A stretch of 63,808 nucleotides of DNA, the filler included, from Octopus bimaculoides (Eukaryota): assembly GCF_001194135.2 (NCBI RefSeq). It is 6 parts of 6 records of this genome, joined end to end, with 100 filler letters (N's around TTAATTAATTAA, not from the genome) between each part and the next. Parts side by side here need not be neighbours in the genome. Positions count along the whole stretch, not along the records: positions 48,801 to 62,435 come from NC_068986.1; positions 62,536 to 63,808 come from NW_026302687.1; 4 more parts are not named here. The stretch is one strand, 5' to 3'. Positions 50,558 to 63,808 of the stretch are shown piece after piece (position 1 is the first letter of the stretch; the number at the start of each line of letters is the position of its first letter). The translations under genes and the position numbers were made by a program. The notes beneath the pieces are model-generated. The model was not told where the DNA came from, did no database searches, and was given only the letters and a program-made list of their open reading frames with translations.

Positions 50558-51371
50558 TACTACTACATATCAGAAATTAAGTTTTTCATGTAAGTTTATC
50601 AGTTACCAATTGCGACGGAATTGTAAATAAAATGAGACTTGAAACTATTCACGGAAAGAAAATGTATTTGTGCCACATGAATAACCGCATTGCATCTGAA
50701 AGAACGGAATGCCATTACAAGCGAGTGGAAACAATGGTTACAATGATGAAGAAATACAGTAATGACAAAGTAATGAGTAGAGTTAGACAACGATCATCCG
50801 AAAGGTGCCGGTGGGGAATATTCTTTCCAGATTACTGACCTGATCGTAAACAAAACAAACTGTTTTGATCGTAATTAAGAGACCTTGAGGTCTTGTTCCG
50901 ATGATTCAAAATTGGATAATTGATGGTCGGAAAACCGAGCTTTGACTATAGTTAAGGACTGTTGAGCACTGTACAACATTTCAGTGATTCAGTGTTCAAG
51001 GTTAACAGAAAGATATTTCTTAATAAACATTCTGTTGTTGTCATATTTAGAAACAAATAATTCGTGTTGTTGAGATATTACACAGGAATTTAATACCAAA
51101 GTCAAATTTGTTTTCATCTGACTCGATTGATTTTGATGTTTCCTTAAAAACTGGTTTCTCATTGTAACTTCACTGGTGTAACATTACTAATTCTGCAATT
51201 ACAAAGATGAGGCTTTTGGATGAGGTACTAGAAAGTTTTTCAATTACTTAATTGATAACATTTCAAGAGTTGAAATGTTAGTTCAACTTGCACAAAATGC
51301 GAAATTACGGCAAGGCAAACATCTCAAGTCATATACATTATTATTATTATTGGAAAAAAATTATATATATA

Positions 51372-51530
51372 TAGCGGGCTTCTTTCAGATTCCGACAACT
51401 AAATTCACTCAGAAGGCTTTCGTCGACCAGAGACTATAGTAGAAGACACTTGCCCTAGCTGTTACGCAGTAGGACTGAAACTAGAACCATGTGCTCAGAA
51501 AGCAAACATCTTACCACACAGCCACGTCTG
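51372..51530 (-). mobile_element. SINE family A, 5' half
   Basis: gggcttctttcag...ctatagtagaagacacttgcc...cttaccacacagccacg. Confidence 0.8.
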
Positions 51531-52120
51531 AGAAAAAAAAATACTCTACTACCGAGAAAAAAATAATAACAAATATATATATATATATAAATAAGGTCAA
51601 CAAATAAAATATTTAGCGGATACGCAATCCTTTTCGAGGTCGTTTATCGAAATAGTTCTTTTTATGTAATGTAAGAAACGTAGATAATACCTTTTTCTGA
51701 CTTGGAACTGAGCCAGCTTTATACTCATGTCTGTAGGAATGCACTGGAACCGCATTTCTTTTTGAATTCTTGTAATTTATTTTATCGACTCGCCCCGAGG
51801 GAAAAACAAGACAAAGTCGATGCTCGATGGATTTGAAAACTAAAACCGAATACAGAGTTTTTGGAGCGGAGTTCAAATATATTAAGGGAACTGCTACTTT
51901 ATTAATTCTTTTTATATAGAAAATTTATATATAAACATGAGCATGTAGACATATGTGTGTGGGCTTCCGTGTGTGAGTACAAATACTATGTATATATGTG
52001 TGTGTATGTATATGTGTGTATATGTGTGTATACATACATTTCCAAAATGTAACTATATGTGGATTGTCGGCGATTTCTTTCCTCCGTCTTCCTTTTCTCT
52101 TGGATTTTCCTCTGTCTCCT

Positions 52121-52155
52121 GTTTCTGAAGAAGAGCTTTGCTCGAAATGTTAAAC
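52121..52155 (+). ncRNA. Minimal type-I hammerhead-like motif
   Basis: gttt-CTGAAGA-a-gagc[ttt]gctc-GAAA-tg-TT-aaac. Stem III would be the palindrome AACGTT before a CpG-to-TpG change. Confidence 0.55.
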
Positions 52156-52492
52156 CATCTTTCTTTCCTTCCCTGAACCTCTTTTAATATTTTGCATATA
52201 CCACGTCCTTGCAATGTTATTTTTTCTTGNNNNNNNNNNNNNNNNNNNNNNNNNNNNNNNNNNNNNNNNNNNNNNNNNNNNNNNNNNNNNNNNNNNNNNN
52301 NNNNNNNNNNNNNNNNNNNNNNNNNNNNNNNNNNNNNNNNNNNNNNNNNNNNNNNNNNNNNNNNNNNNNNNNNNNNNNNNNNNNNNNNNNNNNNNNNNNN
52401 NNGTGTGTGTGTATTTGACTGTCTAACATATGCATGCATATACACATACATTTGTATACTCACACACGTAGGTATGTGCGTATATATATATA

Positions 52493-52650
52493 GGGCGAGC
52501 TGACAGAATCATTAACACGCCGAATAAAATCCTTACCAACATTTCGTCCGCCTTTACGTTGCACCGGAATCAAGTTTGCCTTCCATCCTTTCGGGGCCGA
52601 CATAATCGCCAAGCACTCATCTACCAAAATTTCAGGCTTTGTATCTATAG
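52493..52650 (+). mobile_element. SINE family C, degenerate
   Basis: gggcgagctgacagaatcattaacacgccg...gccttccatcctttcgggg...aaatttcaggc. Confidence 0.7.
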
Positions 52651-52724
52651 TAGAAAAAATACGTATGCATGTATGTATGTATGTATGTATGTATGTATGT
52701 ATGTATGTATGTATGTATGTTTTT

Positions 52725-53393
52725 TTGAAAGGTCGGATGAACCTAGTGCAGGCTCAACGGCTATCTTGCAATAGCACGGGTACGCACAAATTCTGGGATG
52801 GTATCCGGCGTGCTGAAAGACCAATGGGAGTGAGGTACCACTCAGCTTCTGTTGAAGCATGTCTCTAGGAGAAGGTCACTCTGATATAAAACCAAATATG
52901 CAGGGAATGGCATTGGACATTTTGGAGATCTTTGGTTTATGCTAAAGATCATGGTGCTCCCATATCCCTGAGCCTGCGACTCATATTGGCACAAGACATC
53001 TTGCTCTGGCTTGTCTCTGGATCATGTAAATAAAGGGGAGAGGGACTGTCAGGTGTCGTGCAAGCCTTATTGAACCTAAACTTTGCACAGGCATTGCTGG
53101 CCTCTGCTCGATATGTGCCTTTTCTTTCTTTTTTCTTTTTCCTAAATATATTTACACTTTTGAGAGAGCACGTATTTAGCAGGAAGAACTTAAGCGGCTG
53201 CTCGAAAGCACACTGCTGGGTTGATGAATGGGGAAAGCTTGGTCTGCAATGTTTGCAGTCGTGTTTGCTTGTTATGAGCAGGGCTCATTAGCCACCAACG
53301 GAGCCGCAAATGCAAAATATAAGTTAGTCATAGAGCGCACAATGTTCCTGAAGATCAGCAATAGTCTTCCTCGGTCACGAGTGGACGGCCATC
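52725..53393 (+). mobile_element. Internally deleted RTE derivative (5'UTR fused to the extreme 3' end), flanked by (ATGT)n
   Basis: 52725-53154 is homologous to the reverse complement of about 16090-16510 (RTE 5'UTR). 53155-53322 encodes FERAR..EELKR..RK..LVCNVCSRVC...GLISHQRS (RTE C-terminal Zn finger). Confidence 0.8.
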
Positions 53394-53454
53394 ATGTATG
53401 TATGTATGTATGTATGTATGTATGTATGTACGTATGTATGTATTGATGCATGCA

Positions 53455-53620
53455 TGCACGCAACGATTTCAAAGAGCCTTTTGATACAACCCACCAAGGA
53501 ATACTCCTTTGCATTCGGAGGGTATATTTTATTCTTGAGAAACTATTACAAGCTATCAACAGATCATACAAGTACAGAAGAACTAGGGTGATCACTCTTG
53601 ACGATAAAACACAACACTCT
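53455..53620 (+). pseudogene. Degenerate non-LTR RT fragment
   Basis: NDFKEPFDTTHQ..ILEKLLQAINRSY resembles RTE-type VDFKKAFDSIH..IPEKLxxAIxxxY. Confidence 0.6.
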
Positions 53621-53695
53621 CTAGAGAGGTGTCATCTCGAGCGCTCTACTCGTCCCTTTGGCTTCGACTTGATCCCATACATACTTACACGCGCG

Positions 53696-55594
<1,899 letters not shown>

Positions 55595-55814
55595 CCTCTT
55601 CCATTCTCTGTGTCTCTATTCTCTCTATTCTCTCTATTCTCGTTGTTAAGCATATAAGATACACTCTTCAACGTGTGAAGAGATCTTTTTAGCAAATGCA
55701 ACAAACGGCAAGTGCATAAGAACTTGCGGTGCGCCTTTGTGCAGAGAAAAATAACGACGCTGTAATTCTACAAATTTATAGATTACGTAATCTATCTTTA
55801 TATTATAATTTTGC

Positions 55815-55985
55815 TTAAGACGGCGAGCCTAATAGAATCTCTAGCGCGTCGGACAAAATGCTGAACAGCATTTCGTCCATCTTTACGTTTTGAGTTCAAC
55901 TGTCACTGGGTTCCACTTTGCCTTTCACCCTTCTGAAGTCGATAAAAAAAGTACCAGTTGAACATTGGGGCCGATGTAACTGAAG
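55815..55985 (+). mobile_element. SINE family C, degenerate
   Basis: ggcgagc..agaatc..agcgcgtcggacaaaatgc...ctttgcctttcaccc...gtcgataaaaaaagtaccag. Confidence 0.7.
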
Positions 55986-56787
55986 GCAATATGGCCGATC
56001 AACTATCGGTGGGTACAAACGAATAGCAAGAACCAAGCAACTGCGTCTGTTTAACACACTTATATGACATAAATATACATTGATTTCTTAAGACTATTCA
56101 AAAGGCCAGTTTTTCTCTCTTTTCAAATAACAATTTCCTCTAAACACTCTGATAACGAAAGCTGGTAAAGTATATTTTCATAAGATGTAGTCATACCGGA
56201 AGTAAGTTGAACATCCATACCCCTCACATAACTATTACCGCCAACCGTCTTTCAGCTACTATCGACTTCGCGTATTCCGCCAAGAGCTGCGGCCATTGAT
56301 GCACGTATTGAAGTCCACAATTGGTCTCCGGTCCAATATGAACCCTGAACGGTTGAGCAAAGTAAATGTAGCTAATATTCATAATATCTCAGACGAGATA
56401 AAAACTGATAAGATTCGTCATATAGAACTAAAAGAGAAGATTAGAAAACGGAAGAGTTAGTTTAACGTTAAATCTTGTACTCATGCCAGAAACAAGATAA
56501 TTGGTTTAAATACACTCGCCAACCCAGTCATAAACTACAGCTTCAATATAATAAATTACTTAGGCAAAGAAAAGACTGATTACTATATTCAGAATACCAT
56601 CTTAAAGTTGATATAAATAGGATTTTCCCGGTATACGTACGACATGCAAGACAATAAAGAAGTCTCATGCCCCTTCATCAGTCATAGAGGCTCAGCAACG
56701 AGCACTACTTTCCTCACCGAGTAAAAGATGTTTAAAAAATGCCTTGTGGTTCTTTACGATCTGATTTGAAATATCGCCGATATTTTA

Positions 56788-57145
56788 TTTGACTGCAGCC
56801 ATGCTGGAGCACCGCCTTTAGTCGAGCAAATCGACTCAAGGACTTAGTCTTTGTAAGCCTAGTACTTATTCTATCGGACACTTTTGCCGAACCGCTAAGT
56901 TACGGGGACGTAAACACACCAGCATCGGTTGTCAAGCGGTGTTGGAGGTACGAACACAGACACACAAACACACATATATATATATATATATATACATATG
57001 CATATATACGACAGGCTTCTTTCAGTTTCCGTCTACCAAATCCACTCACAAGGCTTTGGTCGGCCCGAGGCTATAGTAGGAGACACTTGCCCAAGGTGCC
57101 ACGCAGTGGGACTGAACCCGGAACCATGTGGTTGGTAAGCAAGTT
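56788..57145 (-). mobile_element. SINE family A, near full length
   Basis: Both halves and internal (TA)n. Confidence 0.88.
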
Positions 57146-57204
57146 AAGATCCGTTTTAACCTAAATTCTGAAGCTATCCGTTATATAGTTGATCGTAATG
57201 TTGG

Positions 57205-57350
57205 AAACCTCTTCAAATTCTGTCGAGGGTTGGCTTTGCCTTTTATCCTTCTTGGGATTAATAAAATAAATACCAGTTAGACACTGGGGATCGATGTAAT
57301 CGACTCAACCCTCCACCCATCAAATTACTTGCCTTGTGCCAAAATTCAAA
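57205..57350 (+). mobile_element. SINE family C 3' part
   Basis: ggctttgccttttatcctt...taaataccagtt...gatcgatgtaatcgact. Confidence 0.65.
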
Positions 57351-57585
57351 ACGAATGTTGGAAACCTTGAAGTCGCAATCGCCTGATTAATGAGTTATGT
57401 AACCCCAGCCCAGACCTGGTCAAGATAGGCGGTCGACCACACGACTAGATGCGATCCACAGAGCCACAAATTCCTCACTTCCACCTGACTGGGAACCACG
57501 AAGTATATGTAGTTGTTCGTCGTATGCAGTGTAATGTATGACAAGATAGGTCCGTTGTATTTTCTCTAATTGTTCTCATAACTCT

Positions 57586-57650
<65 letters not shown>

Positions 57651-57794
57651 TGTTGTTGTTATTGTTGTTGTTGTTATTGTTGTTGTTGGTTAGTACTAGG
57701 TTAGTCCTGGTCGGACCGATGTTCAAAAGGTATTCCAGCCATGAACGTCCTGCATGATATTGAGACTTAACGTGTTTTGGACTATTAGTTTATG

Positions 57795-59087
57795 CAATGT
57801 GCGCGCGTATCAGTAAGTCTATGTATGCACGTCCGTATGAATATGTGTATGTCTGAGTTCATATTTGTGCTTGTATGCGCTGTCTGCGTACGTCTGTGTG
57901 TGTGTGTATGCGTATGCGCATGATAGTGCACGTATGCTCTGAATACATCCGTGTGTGTGTGTGTGTGTGCGCGCGCGCGAGTATGTATGTGCTTGTACGC
58001 GCTGTCTATGTCTGTGTGTGTGTAGATGCATAACTGTATGTGCATGTATGTCTGTTTATGGGCATGCCTAAGTGTGCATGTCTACATTTATGCGTATGTG
58101 TGTATGCACGCCCGTGTGTATATGTCGTGTATAGACACATGCATACATACATACATGCATGCATATATGTTTATGTGTAGGTGCATGTGGTTGCGTATGT
58201 CTGTGTGTGCATACATCTATTTATGTTTATATGTGTGTGTGCATGCTCGTGTGTGTGTATGGTGCGTAGACAAGCACATATACGCATGCGTTTGTGTGTG
58301 TAAGTGCACGTCTAAATGTGCATGTGTGCGTGTATATGTTTGCTGTATGCGTACGCCTGTGTGTTCGTGTGTGCATGTTTATGTCTGTCTGAGTGTGCAC
58401 GTGCGCGTGTAGGTATGTGTATGCCTACACCTGCATGTCATTATGTGCATGCGTATGCATACGTCTTTATGTTCGCGCGTGCATGTGTGTGTGTGTGTGT
58501 GCGTGCATGCATGCGTGTGTGTGTGTGTGAGTGTGTGTGTGTGTGTGCGTGCATGTGTGTGTGTGTGCGTGCATGTGTGTGTGNNNNNNNNNNNNNNNNN
58601 NNNNNNNNNNNNNNNNNNNNNNNNNNNNNNNNNNNNNNNNNNNNNNNNNNNNNNNNNNNNNNNNNNNNNNNNNNNNNNNNNNNNNNNNNNNNNNNNNNNN
58701 NNNNNNNNNNNNNNNNNNNNNNNNNNNNNNNNNNNNNNNNNNNNNNNNNNNNNNNNNNNNNNNNNNNNNNNNNNNNNNNNNNNNNNNNNNNNNNNNNNNN
58801 NNNNNNNNNNNNNNNNNNNNNNNNNNNNNNNNNNNNNNNNNNNNNNNNNNNNNNNNNNNNNNNNNNNNNNNNNNNNNNNNNNNNNNNNNNNNNNNNNNNN
58901 NNNNNNNNNNNNNNNNNNNNNNNNNNNNNNNNNNNNNNNNNNNNNNNNNNNNNNNNNNNNNNNNNNNNNNNNNNNNNNNNNNNNNNNNNNNNNNNNNNNN
59001 NNNNNNNNNNNNNNNNNNNNNNNNNNNNNNNNNNNNNNNNNNNNNNNNNNNNNNNNNNNNNNNNNNNNNNNNNNNNNNNNNNNNNNN

Positions 59088-59153
<66 letters not shown>

Positions 59154-59175
59154 GTGCGTGCGTGTGTGTGCGTGT
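57795..59175. repeat. Long degenerate alternating purine-pyrimidine (GT/AT/GC) tract spanning a gap
   Basis: Mostly RY-alternating over more than 750 called bases. Confidence 0.9.
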
Positions 59176-59469
59176 GTAAAGATAGAAATAATGTCTTCTG
59201 TAGGTAGGTATGCATTTAGGTACGTATGTAGAAAGTATGATCTCATTCTCCATCAATTTATCTCATCCTGTTTTCTTTTGTCTTTATGTTTTTGTTTTTG
59301 TTTTGTTTTTTATAACCGCCTCCCCTACCTCCTGCCTGTGTTCCTGTTTCTTCCTTCCCCCCCTCCCCGCATTACCTTAGCTCCCTATATTTACCTATGT
59401 AGATAGGTATGTAGAGAGAGAGGGACAACGAGAGAGGAAAACGGAACGAGAGAGTGTGAAAGAGAGAGA

Positions 59470-59505
<36 letters not shown>

Positions 59506-60622
59506 AGGATGGATGGATGGATGAATAAAAATCTGTGTCGTGAACATGAGTCACAGCAGAAAAACCTAACGTCTTCGCAGCAGACCGTCCCGACTGTGGC
59601 ATGCAATGTTTGGTGAAGAATCAACAACCGATTTTAAAGCTACTCTCATCAAATGTCTAACAGAGAGCCTGACACCATTTTTGCAGGAGTGAGAAAAGTG
59701 AGTGAAGGGAGGGAATGAGTGGAAGTTGAGCGATAAAAATCACTTGTACTTTATCCCAACCTCCATTTCTTGTACCTTTATCTCGTCTGTACAGCGTTTT
59801 GAGTCCATTTTAATCATTTCCGTTTTAATATCATTTACAAACAATGCCTTACTTTTTCTTCTTCGTCTTCATCTTTGTTTTGTTTTTAACTACAAGCATG
59901 ATTAATGGTATAAGGGAACTCCTAAGATGTTTTCAGCTCTCTGATAATCTGTCTGTTTATCTGTCATCACAAACGGGAGTGACACACACATACAGAACGG
60001 GGGAAATGAAGGAAAGATAATAGAGAGAAAGAAAGGAAGGAAGAAATTCTATTGTTTGTAGATCTCCCCTTAGGACTTCTTTTTCTCTCCCTGTTTGTGT
60101 GAAGCCCTTTCATACTTTAAAGGGTGAAAGAACGTAACATAAGTCCAGTTTAATACTATTTAAAGGGTTTTTTTTATGAGTAAAGTGTAATATTTATTTT
60201 ATCTGTTTTGCTCTAGCACTCATCGTGTTTATTAGATGAGAACAATAGAGAAAATAGTGACGTTTCTCTTTTTCAATAGTTGTTGGTCTTAATAACCTAT
60301 CATTATACTTCCATTCACGTCTGAGATGTTTTGTACTAATATTAAATTGACCCCAGTATTTAGTTGTTATTCTCTTTCATCAGCCCAGTAGAAATTTAAG
60401 GCAAAGGCCTCGGCGGGATTTGATTTCGCAAACACAAGGCCCGAAATTTTTGGGAAGGGGACCAGNNNNNNNNNNNNNNNNNNNNNNNNNNNNNNNNNNN
60501 NNNNNNNNNNNNNNNNNNNNNNNNNNNNNNNNNNNNNNNNNNNNCAGTTATTTTGTCCAACGCTCTAACGATTTCGTAAACTCACGGCAGTTTGTTGTTT
60601 CTGTTTATTATTATTATTATTA

Positions 60623-60694
<72 letters not shown>

Positions 60695-60695
<1 letters not shown>

Positions 60696-60790
60696 TGTTG
60701 CGTGTAGGACGGATCCCGCTATCAGCTGAAATCATAGTGAAGATTGCTCCGCTGCCCTCCTTTGGCCGGGAGGGGCAGGCAGTTTTTATT
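60695..60790 (+). mobile_element. Short L1/Tx1 ORF2 C-terminal fragment
   Basis: LLRVGRIPLSAEIIVKIAPLPSFGREGQAVF aligns by eye with LLSYLGRVQLLAESVI..PPTGLPKEGEACF at about 43140-43240. Confidence 0.6.
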
Positions 60791-60904
60791 TATTTGTTTA
60801 GCCCCCCCCCTCCCGTGGGCAATAAAGAAAGAAATATAGTCGCATCTGATTGGCTAAAATTCAAAAAAAATTTCAGTATTTAAGTTTAAAATAAAAGATT
60901 ATAT

Positions 60905-61312
60905 CTTTTGTTTCTTATTCGTTTCAGTCATTTGACTGCGACCATGCTGGGGCACCGCTTGCAAGGGTTTGGTCGAACAAATCAATCCCACAACTTGTGT
61001 TTTTATGTCTATCTTCAAAATTTGATACCGGTTATATCGGTGTCTTTTGTCAAACTGCTATGTAACGGGAACGTAAACAAACTAAGACCGTTTGTCAAGC
61101 GGCGTGAGCTTAGATGGTGACAAGCACAGACGCAAAGACACACACATAGACACACGCGCACACTCACACATACACTCACATACGACAGGCTTCAACACAG
61201 TTTCTGTCTATCAAATTCATTCGCTGGTTGGCCTAAAGCTATAGTAGAAGACACTTGTCCAAGATGCCACGCATGGAACTGAACCCGAAACCAAGAGGCT
61301 GCAAAGCAAGCT
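60905..61312 (-). mobile_element. SINE family A, degenerate full length
   Basis: gtttcagtcatttgactgcgaccatgctgg ... ctatagtagaagacacttgtccaag. Confidence 0.8.
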
Positions 61313-61769
61313 TAGAAATTTTCAGGGAAAAAAGAGAGAAGAAAAATAAAAAAAAAATAAAGAAAAATAAGAAAGAAAGAAAAAAATCGGATATGGCGTG
61401 TGAAACCGATAAGATCCCTACAGTTATATGAATAATATTTACTCTTCAAATAAATTTTGCCGGCAAAGTAACGAAAATCGTGAGAAAAGACAACTGAATT
61501 CCTTATTTATAAATTTCTCATACGAAGCACTGAAACTATGAAATTCCTGCTTCATGATAAATCAGATCGCTGCAAGAATTATGTGATAATGAAATTCCGC
61601 CCTTATGATAATGAAGTCGCTTCAAAATTCCTGCAAATAAGTTCGTAAATTCCACTCATGAAACAATTACTCATACAACGTACAAACATTTATTTCATAA
61701 CCTTTATCCAACTTAAACAAAGAGCGGTCTTCTTAGCATCTTTTTCTCCCTCTATCTTTCATCTTTTAC

Positions 61770-61970
61770 TTGTTTCAGTCCTTGGTCTGCTGCCATGCTG
61801 GAGCATCGCATTGAAGGGTTTTTAGTGAAATGGACCGATACCTAGTACTTATTTTTTTTTTAAAGCCTGATACTAATTCTGTCGGTGTCTTATATCGAAC
61901 TGCTAAGTTACGGAGATGTAAACATACCAACATGTGGCTTGGGGACAAACGTCTTACCACGCAGCCACGC
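61770..61970 (-). mobile_element. SINE family A, internally deleted
   Basis: 3' half joined to the head remnant cttaccacgcagccacgcct. Confidence 0.7.
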
Positions 61971-62106
61971 CTATCTAAAATATCTGTTTTCTCATTAAGC
62001 GAGGCAAGACGATGATGAAGCCTATACGTGGTCGCTGGTAAAATGGATACTTTGTACTGATGTTAAAATGTTCCAATGTTTGTATCATCGTGACAGTGGC
62101 AGGTGT

Positions 62107-62435
62107 GGAGGCGCAATGGCCCAGTTGTTAGAGCAGCGGACTCGCGATCATAGGATCGCGGCTTCGATTCCCAGACCGGGCATTGTGAGTGTTTATTGAG
62201 CGAAAACACCTAATGCTCCACGAGGCTCCGGTAAGCGATGGTGGCGAACCCTGCTGTACTCTTTCACCACAACTTTCTCTCACTCTTACTTCCTGTTTCT
62301 GTTGTGCCTGTAATTCAAAGGGTCAGCCTTGTCACACTGTGTCACGCTGAATATCTCCCGAGAACTACGTTAAGGGTACACGTGTCTGTGGAGTGCTCAG
62401 CCACTTGCACGTTAATTTCACGAGCAGGCTGTTCC
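62107..62435 (+). mobile_element. tRNA(Arg)-like headed SINE, truncated by gap
   Basis: ggcgcaatggcccagttgttagagcagcggactcgcg...gcttcgattccc, followed by a non-tRNA body. Confidence 0.75.
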
Positions 62436-63384
62436 NNNNNNNNNNNNNNNNNNNNNNNNNNNNNNNNNNNNNNNNNNNNTTAATTAATTAANNNNNNNNN
62501 NNNNNNNNNNNNNNNNNNNNNNNNNNNNNNNNNNNAATCACTGGAACTAACGTTTTCTGCGGCCATTCTTCAATCGCCTAAAATTTTTCATTGGCTCTAC
62601 TGTCCCACATACACGAAAAGCATGGATATTCGGTGTTGCCCCAGGAGAAAATTGATCATCTTCAAGTCCTAACATCTTATCCACTGATGATTGAGGGTTT
62701 GGGTATCTTGAAATCTAGACGTGACGGTGAAAAATGGATTCAATTTTTGGATTCAGCATATAAGAAAACCTTTTAAACCAGGCAAAACGTCCCGATAACA
62801 ACATAGCTATTGGATTGTGTTATTTTCAGTGGAGTGAAACAGAACTGAACCTGTAACAATTTCTCATTGTAAAAACAGGAAATTTAGCTCTCATTTCCTC
62901 TTCGCACATGCTTCGTCTCACCGACACACTCTTAGGTCTTGGAACACAAAAATATATACAATTATTCGAATATCGACAGGTCAACAGAATGGATGCGTAA
63001 TACACAAACCTTTCTGATTTGTTCTTTGAAACCATAGTGAAGATTTCTCAGGTAACATTTCAATACACTTGTTATTATTGTATTTAATATTCTACCTGTA
63101 TGGTGCTCACATTCATTCAGATAATGATTTTCTAAACTAAAAAAAGAAGAAAAAATTTACTAAACGGTCGACGAATCATAGATATACAATAGAGAATATC
63201 GATTATTTTTTTATTTTAGCCGCAAGCGTAGCTGTGTGGTAAGGCCCATCAAATATTCCAACCATTACATTTTTTACTACCTAAACCGGGAAATATGTTG
63301 AATATATAGTGAAAGCTTGGTCTATTTTTATCCAAAGCTTTAAGAAACTGTTTCATAATGCCAAGCTTGATATGGAGCGAAGGA

Positions 63385-63808
63385 AGCTTGTTTCCAAACT
63401 ATATGGTTCGGGGTTTAGTCCCACTGCATGACACAGTGGGCTAGTACATTCTATTATAGCCTGGGGTCGACCAAAGCCTTGTGAGTGGATTTGGTAGATG
63501 GAAACTGAAAAAAGCCTGTCGTATATATATATATATATATATATACAAAAATAAGTGGAATGACCAGCAAAAGTGGACTCCTATATGCTAGAAATAGATG
63601 CCGAATCATCTAACCACGAAAGAATATATATATATATTTGGGTGTGTCTGTGTGCTACCACCCGCTTGAAAACCGCTGTTAATGTGTTTTTGTCCCCGTA
63701 ATTTAGCAGTTCGGAAAAAGAACTGATAAAATAAGCACCAGATGTATTCGGCTAAAAATTTCGAAGGTGGTGTCCCAGCATGGCTGCCGTCAAATGACTG
63801 AAACAAAC
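63385..63808 (+). mobile_element. SINE family A, degenerate, with expanded middle
   Basis: 5' core aaagccttgtgagtggatttggtaga and 3' end ccagcatggc..gtcaaatgactgaaac. Confidence 0.8.

Noticed and set aside
62107-62185. tRNA genes (this and other tRNA-like heads)
   Set aside because: No complete cloverleaf or acceptor stem; each continues into a SINE body.
62830-63051. SAM-domain-like peptide LTDTLLGLGTQKYIQLFEY between apparent splice sites
   Set aside because: Two in-frame stops and stops in the other frames; similarity is short and judged by eye only.

Overview
AT-rich, gap-riddled animal genomic scaffold. The SINE families and microsatellite density look like Octopus (cephalopod); this is my recognition, not a database result. 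Only one host coding exon can be supported: the terminal exon of sulfiredoxin (SRXN1, FGGCHR motif, 6183-6392 +). Its first coding exon is not visible. The rest is transposon-derived: dozens of tRNA-headed SINE copies from at least 4 families; an RTE LINE and an internally deleted RTE derivative; a full-length L1/Tx1 LINE with a 15-bp TSD; two Penelope-like (GIY-YIG) copies; a Gypsy element whose gag is joined directly to integrase; mariner and CR1 fragments; and several MITEs. Highlights: (i) two R4/Dong-like LINE 3' ends sitting in (TAA)n tracts beside SINE arrays; (ii) five minimal type-I hammerhead ribozyme motifs, two with a U3-A8 covariant core; (iii) a MITE whose centre is a telomere-like (CCCTAA)n array; (iv) three inverted, templated insertions consistent with template switching. 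Five 100-bp gaps carry an artificial TTAATTAATTAA linker, so adjacency across them is uncertain. Most ORFs in the supplied track are microsatellite or N-gap artefacts.
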